Notes under the pieces: model-generated
Database searches by the model: none
What the model saw: only the letters and a program-made list of their open reading frames with translations
What the model was told of the DNA's origin: nothing
Assembly (NCBI RefSeq): GCF_051903065.1
Contig: NZ_CP178438.1
From: Escherichia coli
GTDB taxonomy: Bacteria > Pseudomonadota > Gammaproteobacteria > Enterobacterales > Enterobacteriaceae
Length of the DNA: 64,000 nucleotides
Strand: one strand, 5' to 3'
In this document: positions 11,197 through 28,845 of the stretch, one piece after another
Numbering within the stretch: the stretch's first letter is position 1
Layout of the letters: every line of letters starts with the position of its first letter
Made by a program: the position numbers and the translations under genes

Positions 11197-12624
11197 GTGG
11201 ATTTCTCAATCATGGTTTACGCAGTTATTGCGTTGGTGGGTGTGGCAATTGGCTGGCTGTTTGCCAGTTATCAACATGCGCAGCAAAAAGCCGAGCAATT
11301 AGCTGAACGTGAAGAGATGGTCGCGGAGTTAAGCGCGGCAAAACAACAAATTACCCAAAGCGAGCACTGGCGTGCAGAGTGCGAGTTACTCAATAACGAA
11401 GTGCGCAGCCTGCAAAGTATTAACACCTCTCTGGAGGCCGATCTGCGTGAAGTAACCACGCGGATGGAAGCCGCACAGCAACATGCTGACGATAAAATTC
11501 GCCAGATGATTAACAGCGAGCAGCGCCTCAGTGAGCAGTTTGAAAACCTCGCCAACCGTATTTTTGAGCACAGCAATCGCCGGGTTGATGAGCAAAATCG
11601 TCAGAGTCTGAACAGCCTGTTGTCGCCGCTACGTGAACAACTGGACGGTTTCCGCCGTCAGGTTCAGGACAGCTTCGGTAAAGAAGCACAAGAACGCCAT
11701 ACCCTGACCCACGAAATTCGCAATCTCCAGCAACTCAACGCGCAAATGGCCCAGGAAGCGATCAACCTGACGCGCGCGCTGAAAGGCGACAATAAAACCC
11801 AGGGCAACTGGGGCGAGGTAGTATTGACGCGGGTGCTGGAGGCTTCCGGTCTGCGTGAAGGGTATGAATATGAAACCCAGGTCAGCATCGAAAATGACGC
11901 CCGCTCGCGGATGCAGCCGGATGTCATCGTGCGGCTGCCGCAGGGAAAAGATGTGGTGATCGACGCCAAAATGACGCTGGTCGCCTATGAACGCTATTTT
12001 AACGCCGAAGACGACTACACCCGCGAAAGCGCGCTACAGGAACATATCGCGTCGGTGCGTAACCATATCCGTTTGCTGGGACGCAAAGATTATCAACAGC
12101 TGCCGGGGCTGCGAACTCTGGATTACGTGCTGATGTTTATTCCCGTTGAACCCGCTTTTTTACTGGCGCTTGACCGCCAGCCGGAGCTGATCACCGAAGC
12201 GTTGAAAAACAATATCATGCTGGTTAGCCCGACTACGCTGCTGGTGGCGCTGCGCACTATCGCCAACCTGTGGCGTTATGAGCATCAAAGCCGCAACGCC
12301 CAGCAAATCGCTGATCGTGCCAGCAAGCTGTACGACAAGATGCGTTTGTTCGTCGATGACATGTCAGCGATTGGTCAAAGTCTCGACAAAGCGCAGGATA
12401 ACTACCGCCAGGCAATGAAAAAACTCTCTTCAGGTCGCGGAAATGTGCTGGCGCAGGCAGAAGCGTTTCGCGGTTTAGGAGTAGAAATTAAACGCGAGAT
12501 TAATCCGGATTTGGCTGAACAGGCGGTGAGCCAGGATGAAGAGTATCGACTTCGGTCGGTTCCGGAGCAGCCGAATGATGAAGCTTATCAACGCGATGAT
12601 GAATATAATCAGCAGTCGCGCTAG
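11197..12624 (+). CDS. rmuC: DNA recombination protein RmuC
   Basis: 475 aa ORF, GTG start, N-terminal TM then coiled-coil, matches RmuC. Confidence 0.88.
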   Translation: MDFSIMVYAVIALVGVAIGWLFASYQHAQQKAEQLAEREEMVAELSAAKQQITQSEHWRAECELLNNEVRSLQSINTSLEADLREVTTRMEAAQQHADDKIRQMINSEQRLSEQFENLANRIFEHSNRRVDEQNRQSLNSLLSPLREQLDGFRRQVQDSFGKEAQERHTLTHEIRNLQQLNAQMAQEAINLTRALKGDNKTQGNWGEVVLTRVLEASGLREGYEYETQVSIENDARSRMQPDVIVRLPQGKDVVIDAKMTLVAYERYFNAEDDYTRESALQEHIASVRNHIRLLGRKDYQQLPGLRTLDYVLMFIPVEPAFLLALDRQPELITEALKNNIMLVSPTTLLVALRTIANLWRYEHQSRNAQQIADRASKLYDKMRLFVDDMSAIGQSLDKAQDNYRQAMKKLSSGRGNVLAQAEAFRGLGVEIKREINPDLAEQAVSQDEEYRLRSVPEQPNDEAYQRDDEYNQQSR

Positions 12625-12718
12625 CCCATTGGGAGTAGTTAAGCCGGGTAGAAATCTAGGGCATCGACGCCCAATCTGTTACACTTCTGGAACAATTTTT
12701 TGATGAGCAGGCATTGAG

Positions 12719-13474
12719 ATGGTGGATAAGTCACAAGAAACGACGCACTTTGGTTTTCAGACCGTCGCGAAGGAACAAAAAGCGGATATGGTCGCCCACG
12801 TTTTCCATTCCGTGGCATCAAAATACGATGTCATGAATGATTTGATGTCATTTGGTATTCATCGTTTGTGGAAGCGATTCACGATTGATTGCAGCGGCGT
12901 ACGCCGTGGGCAGACCGTGCTGGATCTGGCTGGTGGCACCGGCGACCTGACAGCGAAATTCTCCCGCCTGGTCGGAGAAACTGGCAAAGTGGTCCTTGCT
13001 GATATCAATGAATCCATGCTCAAAATGGGCCGCGAGAAGCTGCGTAATATCGGTGTGATTGGCAACGTTGAGTATGTTCAGGCGAACGCTGAGGCGCTGC
13101 CGTTCCCGGATAACACCTTTGATTGCATCACCATTTCGTTTGGTCTGCGTAACGTCACCGACAAAGATAAAGCACTGCGTTCAATGTATCGCGTGCTGAA
13201 ACCCGGCGGCCGCCTGCTGGTGCTTGAGTTCTCGAAGCCAATTATCGAGCCGCTGAGCAAAGCCTATGATGCATACTCCTTCCATGTGCTGCCGCGTATT
13301 GGCTCACTGGTCGCGAACGACGCCGACAGCTACCGTTATCTGGCAGAATCCATCCGTATGCATCCCGATCAGGATACCCTGAAAGCCATGATGCAGGATG
13401 CCGGATTCGAAAGTGTCGACTACTACAATCTGACGGCAGGGGTTGTGGCGCTGCATCGTGGTTATAAGTTCTGA
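12719..13474 (+). CDS. ubiE: ubiquinone/menaquinone C-methyltransferase
   Basis: 251 aa ORF with SAM-binding LDLAGGTGD motif. Confidence 0.93.
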
Positions 13475-13487
13475 CAGGAGACCGGAA

Positions 13488-15730
<2,243 letters not shown>

Positions 15731-15808
15731 TTTTTTCATCGCTCAAGGCGGGCCGTGTAACGTATAATGCGGCTTTGTTTAATCATCATCTACCACAGAG
15801 GAACATGT

Positions 15809-16078
15809 ATGGGTGGTATCAGTATTTGGCAGTTATTGATTATTGCCGTCATCGTTGTACTGCTTTTTGGCACCAAAAAGCTCGGCTCCATCGGTTCCGA
15901 TCTTGGTGCGTCGATCAAAGGCTTTAAAAAAGCAATGAGCGATGATGAACCAAAGCAGGATAAAACCAGTCAGGATGCTGATTTTACTGCGAAAACTATC
16001 GCCGATAAGCAGGCGGATACGAATCAGGAACAGGCTAAAACAGAAGACGCGAAGCGCCACGATAAAGAGCAGGTGTAA
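15809..16078 (+). CDS. tatA: twin-arginine translocase subunit TatA
   Basis: ORF track 15767..16078 trimmed to ATG at 15809 (89 aa, [11 protein letters not shown]-terminus). Confidence 0.92.
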   Translation: MGGISIWQLLIIAVIVVLLFGTKKLGSIGSDLGASIKGFKKAMSDDEPKQDKTSQDADFTAKTIADKQADTNQEQAKTEDAKRHDKEQV

Positions 16079-16081
16079 TCC

Positions 16082-16597
16082 GTGTTTGATATCGGTTTTA
16101 GCGAACTGCTATTGGTGTTCATCATCGGCCTCGTCGTTCTGGGGCCGCAACGACTGCCTGTGGCGGTAAAAACGGTAGCGGGCTGGATTCGCGCGTTGCG
16201 TTCACTGGCGACAACGGTGCAGAACGAACTGACCCAGGAGTTAAAACTCCAGGAGTTTCAGGACAGTCTGAAAAAGGTTGAAAAGGCGAGCCTCACTAAC
16301 CTGACGCCCGAACTGAAAGCGTCGATGGATGAACTACGCCAGGCCGCGGAGTCGATGAAGCGTTCCTACGTTGCAAACGATCCTGAAAAGGCGAGCGATG
16401 AAGCGCACACCATCCATAACCCGGTGGTGAAAGATAATGAAGCTGCGCATGAGGGCGTAACGCCTGCCGCTGCACAAACGCAGGCCAGTTCGCCGGAACA
16501 GAAGCCAGAAACCACGCCAGAGCCGGTGGTAAAACCTGCTGCGGACGCTGAACCGAAAACCGCTGCACCTTCCCCTTCGTCGAGTGATAAACCGTAA
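16082..16597 (+). CDS. tatB: twin-arginine translocase subunit TatB
   Basis: 171 aa ORF, GTG start, TatA/B family N-terminal helix. Confidence 0.92.
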
Positions 16598-16599
16598 AC

Positions 16600-17376
16600 A
16601 TGTCTGTAGAAGATACTCAACCGCTTATCACGCATCTGATTGAGCTGCGTAAGCGTCTGCTGAACTGCATTATCGCGGTGATCGTGATATTCCTGTGTCT
16701 GGTCTATTTCGCCAATGACATCTATCACCTGGTATCCGCGCCATTGATCAAGCAGTTGCCGCAAGGTTCAACGATGATTGCCACCGACGTGGCCTCGCCG
16801 TTCTTTACGCCGATCAAGCTGACCTTTATGGTGTCGCTGATTCTGTCAGCGCCGGTGATTCTCTATCAGGTGTGGGCATTTATCGCCCCAGCGCTGTATA
16901 AGCATGAACGTCGCCTGGTGGTGCCGCTGCTGGTTTCCAGCTCTCTGCTTTTTTATATCGGCATGGCGTTCGCCTACTTTGTGGTCTTTCCGCTGGCATT
17001 TGGCTTCCTTGCCAATACCGCGCCGGAAGGGGTACAGGTATCCACCGACATCGCCAGTTATTTAAGCTTCGTTATGGCGTTGTTTATGGCGTTTGGTGTC
17101 TCCTTTGAAGTGCCTGTGGCAATAGTGCTGCTGTGCTGGATGGGGATTACCTCGCCAGAAGACTTACGCAAAAAACGCCCGTATGTGCTGGTTGGTGCAT
17201 TCGTTGTCGGGATGTTGCTGACGCCGCCGGATGTCTTCTCGCAAACGCTGTTGGCGATCCCGATGTACTGTCTGTTTGAAATCGGTGTCTTCTTCTCACG
17301 CTTTTACGTTGGTAAAGGGCGAAATCGGGAAGAGGAAAACGACGCTGAAGCAGAAAGCGAAAAAACTGAAGAATAA
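16600..17376 (+). CDS. tatC: twin-arginine translocase subunit TatC
   Basis: 258 aa polytopic membrane ORF. Confidence 0.93.
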
Positions 17377-17417
17377 ATTCAACCGCCCGTCAGGGCGGTT
17401 GTCATATGGAGTACAGG

Positions 17418-18730
<1,313 letters not shown>

Positions 18731-18851
18731 TTACGCTAAGTTAATTATATTCCCCGGTTTGCGTTATACCGTCAGAGTTCACGCTAATTTAACAAATTTA
18801 CAGCATCGCAAAGATGAACGCCGTATAATGGGCGCAGATTAAGAGGCTACA

Positions 18852-20345
18852 ATGGACGCCATGAAATATAACGATTTACGCGACTTCTTGACGCTGCTTG
18901 AACAGCAGGGTGAGCTAAAACGTATCACGCTCCCGGTGGATCCGCATCTGGAAATCACTGAAATTGCTGACCGCACTTTGCGTGCCGGTGGGCCTGCGCT
19001 GTTATTCGAAAACCCTAAAGGCTACTCAATGCCGGTGCTGTGCAATCTGTTCGGTACGCCAAAGCGCGTGGCGATGGGCATGGGGCAGGAAGATGTTTCG
19101 GCGCTGCGTGAAGTTGGTAAATTATTGGCGTTTCTGAAAGAGCCGGAGCCGCCAAAAGGTTTCCGCGACCTGTTTGATAAACTGCCGCAGTTTAAGCAAG
19201 TATTGAACATGCCGACAAAGCGGCTGCGCGGTGCGCCTTGCCAACAAAAAATCGTCTCTGGCGATGACGTCGATCTCAATCGCATTCCCATTATGACCTG
19301 CTGGCCGGAAGATGCCGCGCCGCTGATTACCTGGGGGCTGACCGTAACGCGCGGCCCGCATAAAGAGCGGCAGAATCTGGGCATTTATCGCCAGCAGCTG
19401 ATTGGTAAAAACAAACTGATTATGCGCTGGCTGTCGCATCGCGGCGGCGCGCTGGATTATCAGGAGTGGTGTGCGGCGCATCCGGGCGAACGTTTCCCGG
19501 TTTCTGTGGCGCTGGGTGCCGATCCCGCCACGATTCTCGGTGCAGTCACTCCCGTTCCGGATACGCTTTCAGAGTATGCGTTTGCCGGATTGCTACGCGG
19601 CACCAAAACCGAAGTAGTAAAGTGTATCTCCAATGACCTTGAAGTGCCCGCCAGTGCGGAGATTGTGCTGGAAGGGTATATCGAACAAGGCGAAACTGCG
19701 CCGGAAGGGCCGTATGGCGACCACACCGGTTACTATAATGAAGTCGATAGTTTCCCGGTATTTACCGTGACGCATATTACCCAGCGTGAAGATGCGATTT
19801 ACCATTCCACCTATACCGGGCGTCCGCCAGATGAGCCCGCGGTACTGGGCGTGGCGTTGAACGAAGTGTTCGTGCCGATTCTGCAAAAACAGTTCCCGGA
19901 AATTGTCGATTTTTACCTGCCGCCGGAAGGCTGTTCTTATCGTCTGGCGGTAGTGACAATCAAAAAACAGTACGCCGGACACGCGAAGCGCGTCATGATG
20001 GGCGTCTGGTCGTTCTTACGCCAGTTTATGTACACTAAATTTGTGATCGTTTGCGATGATGACGTCAACGCACGCGACTGGAACGATGTGATTTGGGCGA
20101 TTACCACCCGTATGGACCCGGCGCGGGATACTGTTCTGGTAGAAAATACGCCTATTGATTATCTGGATTTTGCCTCGCCTGTCTCCGGGCTGGGTTCAAA
20201 AATGGGGCTGGATGCCACGAATAAATGGCCGGGGGAAACCCAGCGTGAATGGGGACGTCCCATCAAAAAAGATCCAGATGTTGTCGCGCATATTGACGCC
20301 ATCTGGGATGAACTGGCTATTTTTAACAACGGTAAAAGCGCCTGA
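18852..20345 (+). CDS. ubiD: 3-octaprenyl-4-hydroxybenzoate decarboxylase
   Basis: 497 aa ORF matching UbiD. Confidence 0.93.
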   Translation: MDAMKYNDLRDFLTLLEQQGELKRITLPVDPHLEITEIADRTLRAGGPALLFENPKGYSMPVLCNLFGTPKRVAMGMGQEDVSALREVGKLLAFLKEPEPPKGFRDLFDKLPQFKQVLNMPTKRLRGAPCQQKIVSGDDVDLNRIPIMTCWPEDAAPLITWGLTVTRGPHKERQNLGIYRQQLIGKNKLIMRWLSHRGGALDYQEWCAAHPGERFPVSVALGADPATILGAVTPVPDTLSEYAFAGLLRGTKTEVVKCISNDLEVPASAEIVLEGYIEQGETAPEGPYGDHTGYYNEVDSFPVFTVTHITQREDAIYHSTYTGRPPDEPAVLGVALNEVFVPILQKQFPEIVDFYLPPEGCSYRLAVVTIKKQYAGHAKRVMMGVWSFLRQFMYTKFVIVCDDDVNARDWNDVIWAITTRMDPARDTVLVENTPIDYLDFASPVSGLGSKMGLDATNKWPGETQREWGRPIKKDPDVVAHIDAIWDELAIFNNGKSA

Positions 20346-20390
20346 TGCGCGTTTGTTTTGCCCTATTTATCGATCCGACAGAGAAAGCGC

Positions 20391-21092
20391 ATGACAACCT
20401 TAAGCTGTAAAGTGACCTCGGTAGAAGCTATCACGGATACCGTATATCGTGTCCGCATCGTGCCAGACGCGGCCTTTTCTTTTCGTGCTGGTCAGTATTT
20501 GATGGTAGTGATGGATGAGCGCGACAAACGTCCGTTCTCAATGGCCTCGACGCCGGATGAAAAAGGGTTTATCGAGCTGCATATTGGCGCTTCTGAAATC
20601 AACCTTTACGCGAAAGCAGTCATGGACCGCATCCTCAAAGATCATCAAATCGTGGTCGATATTCCCCACGGAGAAGCGTGGCTGCGCGATGATGAAGAGC
20701 GTCCGATGATTTTGATTGCGGGCGGCACCGGGTTCTCTTATGCCCGCTCGATTTTGCTGACAGCGTTGGCGCGTAACCCAAACCGTGATATCACCATTTA
20801 CTGGGGCGGGCGTGAAGAGCAGCATCTGTATGATCTCTGCGAGCTTGAGGCGCTTTCGTTGAAGCATCCTGGTCTGCAAGTGGTGCCGGTGGTTGAACAA
20901 CCGGAAGCGGGCTGGCGTGGGCGTACTGGCACCGTGTTAACGGCGGTATTGCAGGATCACGGTACGCTGGCAGAGCATGATATCTATATTGCCGGACGTT
21001 TTGAGATGGCGAAAATTGCCCGTGACCTGTTTTGCAGTGAGCGTAATGCGCGGGAAGATCGCCTGTTTGGCGATGCGTTTGCATTTATCTGA
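20391..21092 (+). CDS. fre: NAD(P)H-flavin reductase
   Basis: ORF track 20358..21092 trimmed to ATG at 20391 (233 aa); ferredoxin-NADP reductase fold motifs. Confidence 0.9.
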
Positions 21093-21098
21093 GATATA

Positions 21099-21128
21099 AA
21101 AAAACCCGCCCCTGACAGGCGGGAAGAA
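21099..21128 (-). terminator. intrinsic terminator of fadBA operon (also lies just 3' of fre)
   Basis: cccgcc-cctgaca-ggcggg stem; on minus strand it is followed by a run of 7 T. Confidence 0.75.
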
Positions 21129-21164
21129 CGGCAACTAAAACTTTATTCAGTGGCATTTAGATCT

Positions 21165-21272
21165 ATGTCGCATCCGGCACACGATGCCTGATGCGACGCT
21201 GGCGCTTCTTATCAGGCCTACATTGGTGCCGGATCGGTAGACCGGATAAGGCGTCACGCCGCATCCGGCAAG
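21165..21272. repeat. cluster of REP palindromic units (BIME-like) between fre and fadA
   Basis: gcctgatgcgacgctggcgcttcttatcaggcctac and ccggataaggcgtcacgccgcatccggca REP consensus copies. Confidence 0.8.
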
Positions 21273-21275
21273 TGG

Positions 21276-22448
<1,173 letters not shown>

Positions 22449-24638
22449 TTAAGCCGTTTTCAGGTCGCCAACCGGACGGGCTGGCTCAACCGGGGGATAG
22501 TACGGTTCGTTATGACGCGCTTTATTACGCAGACCTTCCGGCACTTCGTACAGCGGGCCGAGGTGCTGATATTGCTGTGCCATATCGAGGTATTTCGCGC
22601 TGCCGAGGGTGTCCAGCCAGCGGAACGCGCCGCCGTGGAACGGAGGGAAGCCCAGGCCGTAGACCAGCGCCATATCCGCTTCTGCCGGAGTGGCGATAAT
22701 GCCTTCTTCCAGACAACGCACCACTTCGTTGACCATCGGGATCATCATGCGGGCGATAATCTCTTCTTCGCTGAAATCGCGCTTCGGCTGGCTCACTTCT
22801 ACTAGCAGGTCGTCAACAGCGGCGTCTTCTTCTTTCTTCGGCTTACCTTTGCTGTCTTCTTTATAACGCCAGAAACCGAGGCCGTTCTTCTGACCAAATC
22901 GGTTGGCATCAAACAGCGCGTCGATGGCATCGCGATAATCTTTCTGCATCCGCTGCGGGAAGCCTGCTGCCATCACCGCCTGGGCGTGATGCGCGGTGTC
23001 AATGCCCACAACGTCCAGCAGATATGCCGGACCCATAGGCCAGCCAAACTGTTTTTCCATCACTTTGTCGATCTTGCGGAAATCCGCGCCGTCGCGCAGC
23101 AACTGGCTGAAACCGGCGAAATACGGGAACAGCACGCGGTTGACGAAGAAGCCGGGGCAATCGTTAACCACAATCGGCGTTTTACCCATCTTGCTCGCCC
23201 AGGCGACGACTTTCGCAATAGTTTCGTCGGAGCTTTTCTCGCCGCGAATAATTTCCACCAACGGCATTCGGTGGACCGGGTTAAAGAAGTGCATCCCGCA
23301 GAAGTTTTCCGGACGTTCCAGCGCGTTGGCCAGTTCGCTGATAGGAATGGTTGAAGTGTTAGACGCCAGCACGGTATCCGGGCGTACTTTCTGCTCGGTT
23401 TCTGCCAGTACGGCTTTTTTCACTTTCGGGTTTTCGACAACCGCTTCTACCACAACATCCACGCGGTCAAACCCGGCGTAGTCGAGCGTTGGGTGGATTG
23501 TAGAGATCACGCCAGCCAGTTTCAGACCATCGATCTTGCCGCGCTCAAGCTGCTTGTTCAGCAGTTTCGCGGCTTCGGTCATGCCGAGGGTTAACGACTT
23601 GTCGTTGATATCTTTCATGACAACCGGCACGCCTTTCCACGCAGACTGGTAAGCGATGCCGCCGCCCATAATGCCTGCGCCCAGCACAGCGGCCTGTTTC
23701 GGGGTTTCAACGTCTTTGGTGAGTTTCTTCGCTTTGCCTTTTACATATTGATCGTTAAGGAATATGCCGACCAGTGCGCGAGCTTCGTTGGTATGCGCCA
23801 GCGGGACAAAACTTTTGTTTTCCAGGTTTAGGGCTTCTTCACGACCAAAACGGGCCGCAGCTTCAATGGTTTTTACTGCGGTGATGGGGGCCGGATAATG
23901 TTTCCCCGCCGTTTGTGCGACCATCCCTTTAGCGATGGTGAAGCTCATGGTAGCTTCAATCTTGCTCAGTTTTAGCGGTTCCAGCTTCGGCTGACGTTTC
24001 GCTTTCCAGTCGAGGTCGCCGTTAATGGCCTGGCGTAAAATCGCCATCGCCCCTTCAATCAGTTTTTCTGCTTTGACTACGCCATCCACCAGACCGATTT
24101 TCAGCGCCTGATCCGCGCCGACATCTTTACCGGCGGCAATGATTTCCAGCGCACTGTCAGCGCCCAGCATACGTGGCATACGTACAGAACCGCCAAAGCC
24201 CGGCATGATGCCCAGTTTGGTTTCCGGCAGACCGATGCGCAGATCTGGCGTCGCCAGACGATAATCGGTCGCCAGCACGCATTCACAGCCACCGCCCAGA
24301 GCGTAACCGTTAACCGCAGCAATGGTCGGCACCGGCAGATCTTCCAGGCGATTAAACACGCTATTGGCAAAGTGCAGCCACTGACTTAACTGTTCTTCAG
24401 GAACGAGGAACAGGGACAAAAATTCGGTGATATCAGCACCGACGATAAAGGCTGCTTTGTTCGAACGCAGCAGCAGCCCTTTTAGATCTGATTGCTGTTC
24501 CAGCACGCCGATGGCCTCGCCGAGGCTGGCGACGGTCGCAGTGTCGAGTTTATTAACTGAACCTGGGGCATCAAATACCAGTTCGGCAATGCCATCTTCC
24601 AGCCAGTCAAGGTACAGGGTGTCGCCTTTGTAAAGCAT
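22449..24638 (-). CDS. fadB: fatty acid oxidation complex alpha subunit (enoyl-CoA hydratase / 3-hydroxyacyl-CoA dehydrogenase)
   Basis: ORF track 22449..24764 trimmed to ATG at 24638 (729 aa, [13 protein letters not shown]-terminus). Confidence 0.95.
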   Translation of the reverse strand: MLYKGDTLYLDWLEDGIAELVFDAPGSVNKLDTATVASLGEAIGVLEQQSDLKGLLLRSNKAAFIVGADITEFLSLFLVPEEQLSQWLHFANSVFNRLEDLPVPTIAAVNGYALGGGCECVLATDYRLATPDLRIGLPETKLGIMPGFGGSVRMPRMLGADSALEIIAAGKDVGADQALKIGLVDGVVKAEKLIEGAMAILRQAINGDLDWKAKRQPKLEPLKLSKIEATMSFTIAKGMVAQTAGKHYPAPITAVKTIEAAARFGREEALNLENKSFVPLAHTNEARALVGIFLNDQYVKGKAKKLTKDVETPKQAAVLGAGIMGGGIAYQSAWKGVPVVMKDINDKSLTLGMTEAAKLLNKQLERGKIDGLKLAGVISTIHPTLDYAGFDRVDVVVEAVVENPKVKKAVLAETEQKVRPDTVLASNTSTIPISELANALERPENFCGMHFFNPVHRMPLVEIIRGEKSSDETIAKVVAWASKMGKTPIVVNDCPGFFVNRVLFPYFAGFSQLLRDGADFRKIDKVMEKQFGWPMGPAYLLDVVGIDTAHHAQAVMAAGFPQRMQKDYRDAIDALFDANRFGQKNGLGFWRYKEDSKGKPKKEEDAAVDDLLVEVSQPKRDFSEEEIIARMMIPMVNEVVRCLEEGIIATPAEADMALVYGLGFPPFHGGAFRWLDTLGSAKYLDMAQQYQHLGPLYEVPEGLRNKARHNEPYYPPVEPARPVGDLKTA

Positions 24639-24827
24639 GTCAGTCTCCTGAATCCGCAAGGTGATCTGGTCGTACCAGATGAGTCGAAGTGTGTATTTTG
24701 TGTTAAAAATATGCAAATAAAAGATTAAAGAAATGCCAATCTGATCACGCTCGGCAGAAATCACGCTCTGGATGAACGATGTGCTAAGATGCGGAGACTT
24801 AAGGTCAAAAAAACAGAAGGGTAAAAA

Positions 24828-26159
24828 ATGGAATCACTGGCCTCGCTTTATAAAAATCATATAGTTACCTTACAGGAACGGACTCGCGATGCGCTGGCGC
24901 GCTTCAAGCTGGATGCGTTACTTATTCACTCCGGCGAACTGTTCAACGTTTTTCTCGACGATCATCCCTATCCGTTTAAAGTGAACCCGCAATTCAAAGC
25001 GTGGGTGCCGGTAACTCAGGTACCAAACTGCTGGTTGCTGGTGGATGGCGTGAACAAGCCGAAACTGTGGTTTTATCTGCCGGTTGATTACTGGCACAAC
25101 GTCGAACCGCTGCCGACCTCCTTCTGGACTGAAGATGTAGAAGTGATCGCGCTGCCGAAAGCCGATGGCATTGGTAGCCTGCTGCCTGCTGCGCGCGGCA
25201 ATATCGGTTATATCGGTCCGGTGCCGGAACGTGCGCTGCAACTGGGTATTGAGGCCAGCAATATCAACCCGAAAGGGGTTATCGACTACCTGCATTACTA
25301 CCGCTCCTTCAAAACCGAGTACGAACTGGCCTGTATGCGTGAAGCGCAGAAAATGGCGGTCAACGGTCATCGCGCGGCAGAAGAAGCGTTCCGTTCTGGC
25401 ATGAGCGAGTTCGATATCAACATTGCCTATCTGACCGCGACCGGTCATCGTGATACCGACGTACCTTACAGCAACATTGTGGCACTCAACGAACACGCTG
25501 CGGTGCTGCATTACACCAAACTGGATCATCAGGCGCCGGAAGAGATGCGCAGCTTCCTGCTGGATGCCGGGGCCGAATATAACGGCTATGCCGCTGACCT
25601 GACCCGTACCTGGTCGGCAAAAAGTGACAACGATTACGCACAGCTGGTGAAAGACGTAAATGATGAACAACTGGCGCTGATCGCGACCATGAAAGCTGGC
25701 GTTAGCTATGTGGATTACCACATCCAGTTCCATCAGCGCATCGCCAAATTGCTGCGTAAACATCAAATCATCACCGATATGAGTGAAGAAGCGATGGTCG
25801 AAAACGATCTCACCGGACCGTTTATGCCGCACGGTATCGGCCATCCGCTGGGCCTGCAGGTGCATGACGTCGCCGGTTTTATGCAGGATGATAGCGGTAC
25901 GCACCTCGCGGCACCGGCAAAATATCCGTACCTGCGCTGCACCCGTATTCTCCAGCCGGGCATGGTGTTAACCATCGAACCGGGTATCTACTTCATTGAA
26001 TCGCTACTGGCACCGTGGCGTGAAGGGCAGTTCAGCAAGCACTTCAACTGGCAGAAAATTGAAGCACTGAAACCGTTCGGCGGCATTCGTATCGAAGACA
26101 ACGTGGTGATCCACGAAAATAACGTGGAAAACATGACCCGGGATCTGAAACTGGCGTGA
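24828..26159 (+). CDS. pepQ: Xaa-Pro dipeptidase (prolidase)
   Basis: 443 aa ORF, M24 metallopeptidase. Confidence 0.93.
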   Translation: MESLASLYKNHIVTLQERTRDALARFKLDALLIHSGELFNVFLDDHPYPFKVNPQFKAWVPVTQVPNCWLLVDGVNKPKLWFYLPVDYWHNVEPLPTSFWTEDVEVIALPKADGIGSLLPAARGNIGYIGPVPERALQLGIEASNINPKGVIDYLHYYRSFKTEYELACMREAQKMAVNGHRAAEEAFRSGMSEFDINIAYLTATGHRDTDVPYSNIVALNEHAAVLHYTKLDHQAPEEMRSFLLDAGAEYNGYAADLTRTWSAKSDNDYAQLVKDVNDEQLALIATMKAGVSYVDYHIQFHQRIAKLLRKHQIITDMSEEAMVENDLTGPFMPHGIGHPLGLQVHDVAGFMQDDSGTHLAAPAKYPYLRCTRILQPGMVLTIEPGIYFIESLLAPWREGQFSKHFNWQKIEALKPFGGIRIEDNVVIHENNVENMTRDLKLA

Positions 26160-26773
26160 TGGAAAGCTGGTTAATTCCTGCGGCACCGGTCACGGTCGTT
26201 GAAGAGATCAAAAAAAGCCGCTTCATAACGATGTTGGCGCATACCGATGGCGTTGAGGCGGCGAAAGCGTTTGTTGAATCGGTGCGGGCAGAACACCCCG
26301 ATGCCCGCCACCATTGCGTGGCGTGGGTGGCGGGTGCGCCGGATGATTCTCAACAGCTGGGTTTCTCTGACGACGGGGAGCCGGCGGGAACGGCAGGTAA
26401 ACCGATGCTCGCCCAGCTAATGGGCAGCGGCGTTGGGGAAATTACCGCTGTGGTGGTGCGCTACTACGGCGGCATATTGCTTGGCACCGGTGGGTTAGTG
26501 AAAGCGTATGGCGGCGGCGTGAATCAGGCGCTGCGGCAGCTAACGACCCAACGCAAGACGCCATTAACCGAATATACTTTGCAATGTGAATATAGTCAGT
26601 TAACCGGCATTGAAGCGTTGCTGGGGCAGTGTGACGGCAAAATTATCAACAGTGATTATCAGGCATTCGTTCTGCTGCGGGTGGCGCTTCCGGCGGCGAA
26701 AGTGGCTGAATTTTCCGCAAAGCTGGCGGATTTTAGCCGTGGTTCATTGCAATTGTTAGCGATTGAAGAATAA
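26159..26773 (+). CDS. yigZ: IMPACT-family protein YigZ
   Basis: ORF track 26156..26773; ATG at 26159 overlaps pepQ stop, 204 aa. Confidence 0.85.
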   Translation: MESWLIPAAPVTVVEEIKKSRFITMLAHTDGVEAAKAFVESVRAEHPDARHHCVAWVAGAPDDSQQLGFSDDGEPAGTAGKPMLAQLMGSGVGEITAVVVRYYGGILLGTGGLVKAYGGGVNQALRQLTTQRKTPLTEYTLQCEYSQLTGIEALLGQCDGKIINSDYQAFVLLRVALPAAKVAEFSAKLADFSRGSLQLLAIEE

Positions 26774-26811
26774 TCCCCACTTCGTTTTGCAGAACTAAGG
26801 AAGCGGCAGAG

Positions 26812-28263
26812 ATGCATTTTCGCGCCATTACCCGAATCGTTGGACTACTGGTCATCTTATTTTCAGGGACCATGATTATCCCTGGGCTGGTAGCACTCAT
26901 CTACCGGGATGGAGCGGGCCGCGCTTTTACCCAGACCTTTTTTGTCGCCCTCGCCATTGGCTCTATGCTGTGGTGGCCGAACCGCAAAGAGAAGGGCGAA
27001 CTGAAATCCCGTGAGGGGTTTCTGATAGTGGTGCTGTTCTGGACCGTGCTGGGTAGTGTCGGTGCGCTCCCTTTTATCTTCTCGGAAAGCCCGAACCTCA
27101 CGATTACCGATGCGTTTTTTGAATCTTTCTCTGGCCTGACCACCACCGGGGCCACTACGCTGGTGGGGCTGGATTCGCTCCCTCATGCCATCCTCTTTTA
27201 TCGCCAGATGCTGCAATGGTTTGGCGGGATGGGGATCATCGTGTTAGCGGTTGCGATACTGCCTATCCTCGGCGTGGGTGGGATGCAGCTCTATCGTGCA
27301 GAAATGCCCGGCCCGCTGAAAGATAACAAAATGCGCCCGCGAATTGCGGAAACGGCGAAAACCCTGTGGTTGATTTATGTCTTGCTGACCGTCGCCTGTG
27401 CGCTGGCGTTGTGGTTTGCCGGAATGGATGCCTTTGATGCCATCGGCCATAGCTTTGCGACTATCGCTATTGGCGGCTTCTCGACACATGATGCCAGTAT
27501 CGGTTATTTCGATAGCCCGACTATTAACACTATCATTGCTATCTTCCTGCTGATCTCCGGCTGTAACTACGGTCTGCACTTTTCACTGTTAAGTGGGCGT
27601 AGTCTGAAGGTTTATTGGCGCGATCCGGAATTTCGCATGTTTATCGGCGTACAGTTTACGCTGGTGGTTATTTGTACCCTCGTACTGTGGTTTCATAATG
27701 TCTACAGTTCGGCGCTGATGACAATTAACCAGGCGTTTTTCCAGGTGGTGTCGATGGCGACAACCGCCGGGTTTACGACTGACAGCATTGCCCGCTGGCC
27801 GCTCTTTTTGCCGGTACTGCTTTTATGTTCCGCTTTTATCGGCGGTTGTGCCGGGTCAACGGGCGGTGGCCTGAAAGTGATCCGCATCCTGCTGCTGTTT
27901 AAGCAGGGGAACCGTGAGCTGAAACGACTGGTGCATCCGAACGCCGTCTATAGCATTAAGCTGGGGAATCGCGCACTGCCGGAACGTATCCTCGAAGCCG
28001 TTTGGGGATTTTTCTCCGCCTATGCATTGGTGTTTATTGTCAGTATGCTGGCGATTATCGCCACGGGCGTGGATGACTTTTCTGCTTTTGCCTCGGTTGT
28101 TGCGACATTGAATAACCTGGGGCCGGGGCTTGGCGTGGTTGCTGATAACTTTACCAGTATGAACCCGGTGGCTAAATGGATCCTGATTGCCAACATGCTG
28201 TTTGGTCGTCTCGAGGTCTTTACATTGCTGGTGCTCTTTACCCCGACTTTCTGGCGTGAATGA
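26812..28263 (+). CDS. trkH: potassium uptake protein TrkH
   Basis: 483 aa polytopic membrane ORF matching TrkH. Confidence 0.93.
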   Translation: MHFRAITRIVGLLVILFSGTMIIPGLVALIYRDGAGRAFTQTFFVALAIGSMLWWPNRKEKGELKSREGFLIVVLFWTVLGSVGALPFIFSESPNLTITDAFFESFSGLTTTGATTLVGLDSLPHAILFYRQMLQWFGGMGIIVLAVAILPILGVGGMQLYRAEMPGPLKDNKMRPRIAETAKTLWLIYVLLTVACALALWFAGMDAFDAIGHSFATIAIGGFSTHDASIGYFDSPTINTIIAIFLLISGCNYGLHFSLLSGRSLKVYWRDPEFRMFIGVQFTLVVICTLVLWFHNVYSSALMTINQAFFQVVSMATTAGFTTDSIARWPLFLPVLLLCSAFIGGCAGSTGGGLKVIRILLLFKQGNRELKRLVHPNAVYSIKLGNRALPERILEAVWGFFSAYALVFIVSMLAIIATGVDDFSAFASVVATLNNLGPGLGVVADNFTSMNPVAKWILIANMLFGRLEVFTLLVLFTPTFWRE

Positions 28264-28274
28264 TGGAGTAATAC

Positions 28275-28820
28275 GTGAAAACATTAATTCTTTTCTCAAC
28301 AAGGGACGGACAAACGCGCGAGATTGCCTCCTACTTGGCTTCGGAACTGAAAGAACTGGGGATCCAGGCGGATGTCGCCAATGTGCACCGCATTGAAGAA
28401 CCACAGTGGGAAAACTACGACCGTGTGGTCATTGGTGCTTCTATTCGCTATGGTCACTACCACTCTGCGTTCCAGGAATTTGTCAAAAAACATGCGACGC
28501 GACTGAATTCGATGCCGAGCGCCTTTTATTCCGTAAACCTGGTGGCGCGCAAACCGGAGAAGCGTACTCCACAGACCAACAGCTACGCGCGGAAGTTTCT
28601 GATGAACTCGCAATGGCGTCCCGATCGCTGCGCGGTCATTGCCGGGGCGCTGCGTTACCCACGTTATCGCTGGTACGACCGTTTTATGATCAAGCTGATT
28701 ATGAAGATGTCAGGCGGTGAAACGGATACGCGCAAAGAAGTTGTCTATACTGATTGGGAGCAGGTGGCGAATTTCGCCCGAGAAATCGCCCATTTAACCG
28801 ACAAACCGACGCTGAAATAA
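28275..28820 (+). CDS. hemG: protoporphyrinogen IX dehydrogenase (menaquinone), flavodoxin-like
   Basis: 181 aa ORF matching HemG. Confidence 0.92.
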   Translation: MKTLILFSTRDGQTREIASYLASELKELGIQADVANVHRIEEPQWENYDRVVIGASIRYGHYHSAFQEFVKKHATRLNSMPSAFYSVNLVARKPEKRTPQTNSYARKFLMNSQWRPDRCAVIAGALRYPRYRWYDRFMIKLIMKMSGGETDTRKEVVYTDWEQVANFAREIAHLTDKPTLK

Positions 28821-28845
28821 GCATAAAGAATAAAAAATGCGCGGT